From the NCBI GenBank assembly GCA_038087875.1, contig CM075992.1, positions 7,690,001-7,754,000 on the forward strand: DNA of 64,000 bases, read 5' to 3'. This document shows positions 60,723 through 64,000 of the stretch, in pieces; position 1 is the first letter of the stretch, and the number at the start of each line of letters is the position of its first letter. The translations under genes and the position numbers were made by a program. Under the pieces are notes generated by a model. The model worked only from the letters and a program-made list of their open reading frames with translations, was not told the DNA's origin and searched no databases. The DNA comes from Malacoraja senta. Taxonomy: Eukaryota.

Positions 60723-63349
60723 ACTAGTGTATTTAAACAGTTTTGATTTTCTTACCCAAGAAAGTATGCCTTTGCCCTAGAAGGAGTACAGGTAAGTTTC
60801 ACAAACACAATTCTAGTGATGGCAGTTTTGCCAGACATGAAACAATTCAGTAAACTTGGACTATATTCCCCATTCGAGTTTAGAAGAACATGGACTATAT
60901 TCTCTATTTGAGTTTAGAAGAATGAGAGGCAATCTCATCAAAATCTGCACATTGGTTATAGGGTTCGACAGGATAGATGCAAGGAGGATGTATCCCTTTA
61001 CTGAGGAGGCTAGGTCAAGGGAATATAGTTTCTGAGAGAGAATGGACCATTTGGGAATGAAATGAGGAAAGATTTCTTCACTTAGAGGGCAGTTAGAATC
61101 CTCTACCCAAGGGAACCATGGCAGGTCTCTCTCACTGAGTTAATTCAAATCAAAGATCAATAGATTTCTGGATATTAGGGGAATTGGGGAATATTATAAT
61201 AGCACTGGCTGGAAAATGAAGCTAAGACTGAGGATCAGCTATAATCAAGACACATGGCCTACACTTGTTCCTAATTCTATTGTTCTAAAATAAAAATTAT
61301 ATTTAATTTACTGTTTAATCATTTTAATACAAATAATATAACAATATCTAGGATGAACTGACAAGTCTGAGGAACAGCTAGTGATTTTCCAAATGTATCC
61401 AGTAGAGGGAGCATGTGGAACCTGTACAAATTGGACAGGTTGCACCTCAGCAGGGCTGGAATCAATATCCTTGTAGGCGGTCTGCGAACATTTAAACAAG
61501 TTTGGCAGAGGGTTGGAAACCTCAAAGGGAATTTAAGAAGAGGAGAAAAAAAGCAGGAGGGGACATGAAAACAGTAGTAAGTGAAGTAAACATACTACAA
61601 AATCAATGTGAAGCCAGTCAGCGTATCAAAGTACAGCAATCTCTTGAAATTACAGAGGTTTGCAGTTTTCACAAGAAGATATATGAAATAATAATAGTAA
61701 AATTGTATGATGAGGAGAGCAGTAAGGTAACGCTGCAATAACTGCCAAACACACTAAAACAATCAAATGTAAAATGTTTAAGAAAGAACTGCAGATGCTG
61801 GAAAAATCAAAGGTAGACATAAATGCTGGAGAAACTCAGCGGGTGAGGCAGCATCTATGGAGCGCAGGAATAGGTGACGTTTCGGGTTGAGGCCCTTCTT
61901 CAGACTGTTTATTAGCATTTCAAGAGGTAATGTCATAAAGGTTGCAGTAAACACAGGTCTTTTCGAACAGGTATTTGAAGAACATTGGCTTAGGAATTCA
62001 CCTGTACGATCTTCCTAGTGCTAGCAATCTCCCTAACATCGTTTCAAAAAGTTTTAGAAAAGAAAAATCACAAAATTTGATCACACCAGTTCCAAAACAG
62101 CACTAGCTGGACCTCCTGTGTTAGTCTTTTTAAGGTACACCAAGCTTTAGGAGTCAAATTTCCCACGTTAGCGACAGCATTCTCCACAGCTTTGATATTA
62201 TGAAGCGGAGGTCTTCCCCAGGCTACAAACGCCTGACTAATGTACAGACCTAACAGCTGCTGTGAAGCTGCAGGAATCATCTGCCGTGTGGGAGCTTGAT
62301 TTGCGGCAATATCTGAATGGTTGAGTTAAACAGCCTGATTTAACTACACATTACCCTTGGTTGGTCCAAGTGTTTGTCTAAATTGATTGCCAAGCCGCCA
62401 CATTGTCGACTTGTGAACTCTTCGGGTTACAAACAGTTCACAGTAATTGGACCCTGTCATATCCTGGGGCCAACCTGTAGCTATTGAAGAATCACACCAT
62501 TGTACGAAACAAGGATGCAATACAAACATTTAAATTTAAATCTAAATTGGACCAAGTGATAGCCCATACTTTATAAATGTTAGTGTAGATTGCAGTTGCT
62601 TGAACTATCTTTTCCTGGAGGTGTTTATTTTGTTTCAGTGAAATCATAAGTTGAATGCTTCGTAAACAGCAGTGTAACTTTTCATCAGCTGCTGGAAAGT
62701 GTTGGCGGGGGATGTTTGCATGCTATAATGGTGGAAGTATTTGTCAGATGTCCAGGATATATCTCCAGTTTTGGCAGGTTTGACAGATAACATTCCAGTA
62801 ACAAATGAACAAGAAGTACCTATTTTGCTCCCAAAGCCAAAGTCAGTGTCACCCTCATTCTGAGAAGCTTGCCTCAGGTTCCTTGTATGCTGTCTTTGCT
62901 GATACCTGCTACATATGACACACTGCTGCATGCAAAAGTCCAGAATAGCACTTCTATGAACCTTTCATCTTCCAGAAATGTGATTTTTTTCTATTAACAC
63001 CTGAAATGGGTATTGGGCTGCAGTTCAGGTTATCAAAAAGTGTCATTGATGAAAGCACTCTTGCCCTTGCAGATCCCCATCAGCAACTTACTGCCATGAA
63101 ACCACCTCTTATATCAAATGCCCAGCTCCAGTTAAAAAAAAATGATTTCTGATCTGATAAACACGAAACAAGGAAGCAGTACAAACATTCAAAAGTAAGT
63201 CTAAATTGTTACGCTTTTAACTTTATGAATGTTAGTGTTGATTGCAGTTGCTTGAACTATCTTTTCTTGGAGGTGGTCTCACATATTTTGGCTTCAGTGA
63301 AATTATAAGTTGAATGCTTCGTAAACAGCACTATAACTTTTCATCCACT

Positions 63350-63893
63350 TCATATGAAAACGCACACCTCCAGATTCAGGGACAGTTTCTTCCCAGCTGT
63401 TATCAGGAAACTGAACCACCCTACCACAACTAGAGAGCAGTCCTGAGCTACTATCTACCTGGTGACCCTCGGACTATCTTTGATCGGACTTTTCTGGCTT
63501 TACTTTGCACTACACGTTATTCCCTTATCATGTAGCTAGACACTGTAAATGGCTCGTAGGTAGACAAAAATGCTGGAGAAACTCAGCTGGTGAGGCAGCA
63601 TCTATGGAGCGAAGGAAATAGGCAACATTTCAGGTCAAAACCCTTCTTCAGACTGACGAAGTGTTTCGAACCAAAACGTTGCCTATTTCCTTTGCTCCAT
63701 AGATGCTGCCAAACCCGCTGAGTTTCTACAGCATTTTTGTCTACCTTCGATTTTCCAGCATCTGCAGTTCCTTCTTAAACAACTGTACATGGCTCGATTG
63801 TACATGTGTTGCCTTTCCGTCGACTGGTTAGCACGCAACAAAAAGCTTTTCACTGTACCTTGTGGGTACACATGACAATAAACTAAACTGAAC
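63350..63893 (+). mobile_element. Rex1/Babar 3' end interrupted by a Penelope palindrome
   Basis: THTSRFRDSFFPAVIR C-terminus; tail CTTTTCACTGTACC...ACATGACAATAAACTAAACTGAAC. Confidence 0.8.
63557..63781. mobile_element. Penelope pLTR-derived palindromic insertion
   Basis: Inverted arms of about 90 bp centred on TTCAGACTGA; 15-bp TSD ACTGTAMATGGCTCG (63542-63556 and 63782-63796). Confidence 0.88.
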
Positions 63894-64000
63894 ATAAATC
63901 TGGAAGTTGTTAAAATGCTAAATATCCTGATTAGGATATAGAGTTGTGTTATTTATCAGTGGTCACTCTACAACCTTTTCTTTTCCACAACCCCACATAT

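Larger units (their letters stand above)
56340..61285 (+). mobile_element. Old, heavily degraded CR1 ORF2 carrying three nested insertions
   Basis: Colinear relics: DWEQ, TETGEFIM, KKGGREETRSYRPTSL...GFMKGKLCVINLLELFE, KFTFADE, RPHL, EFRRMRGNLIK and the 3' UTR. Confidence 0.85.

Overview
Vertebrate genomic DNA. The repeat families (CR1 LINEs with CTATTGT/TTTCTATG tails, HE1/V-type tRNA SINEs, abundant Penelope remnants) point to a cartilaginous fish such as a skate or ray; this is inference. The whole window lies inside one minus-strand gene, a PBX-family TALE homeobox gene, most likely PBX4. Six coding exons (equivalent to exons 3-8; 245, 191, 136, 160, 113 and 90 bp) were recovered with GT-AG boundaries and consistent phase. 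Exons 1-2 and the last exon were not found and presumably lie outside the window. The introns hold nested mobile DNA: a near-complete CR1 ORF2 inside a Tc1 transposon, a second Tc1, Penelope, Rex1/Babar, L1, L2, RTE and hAT relics, Harbinger- and pogo-type MITEs, a Helitron-like element and several SINEs. The most notable signals are: (i) a 137-bp retroposon whose first 54 nt fold as an HDV-like ribozyme starting exactly at the insertion junction; (ii) many Penelope-derived units carrying minimal hammerhead motifs, often as TSD-flanked palindromes; (iii) a telomeric-repeat-bounded GC-rich element carrying what looks like a captured first exon; (iv) a dual-frame PBX exon 8 that preserves the PBX1b-type tail; (v) twin 1043-bp DNA elements with 7-bp TSDs. 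All calls were made by eye with no database searches, and boundaries of degraded repeats are approximate.
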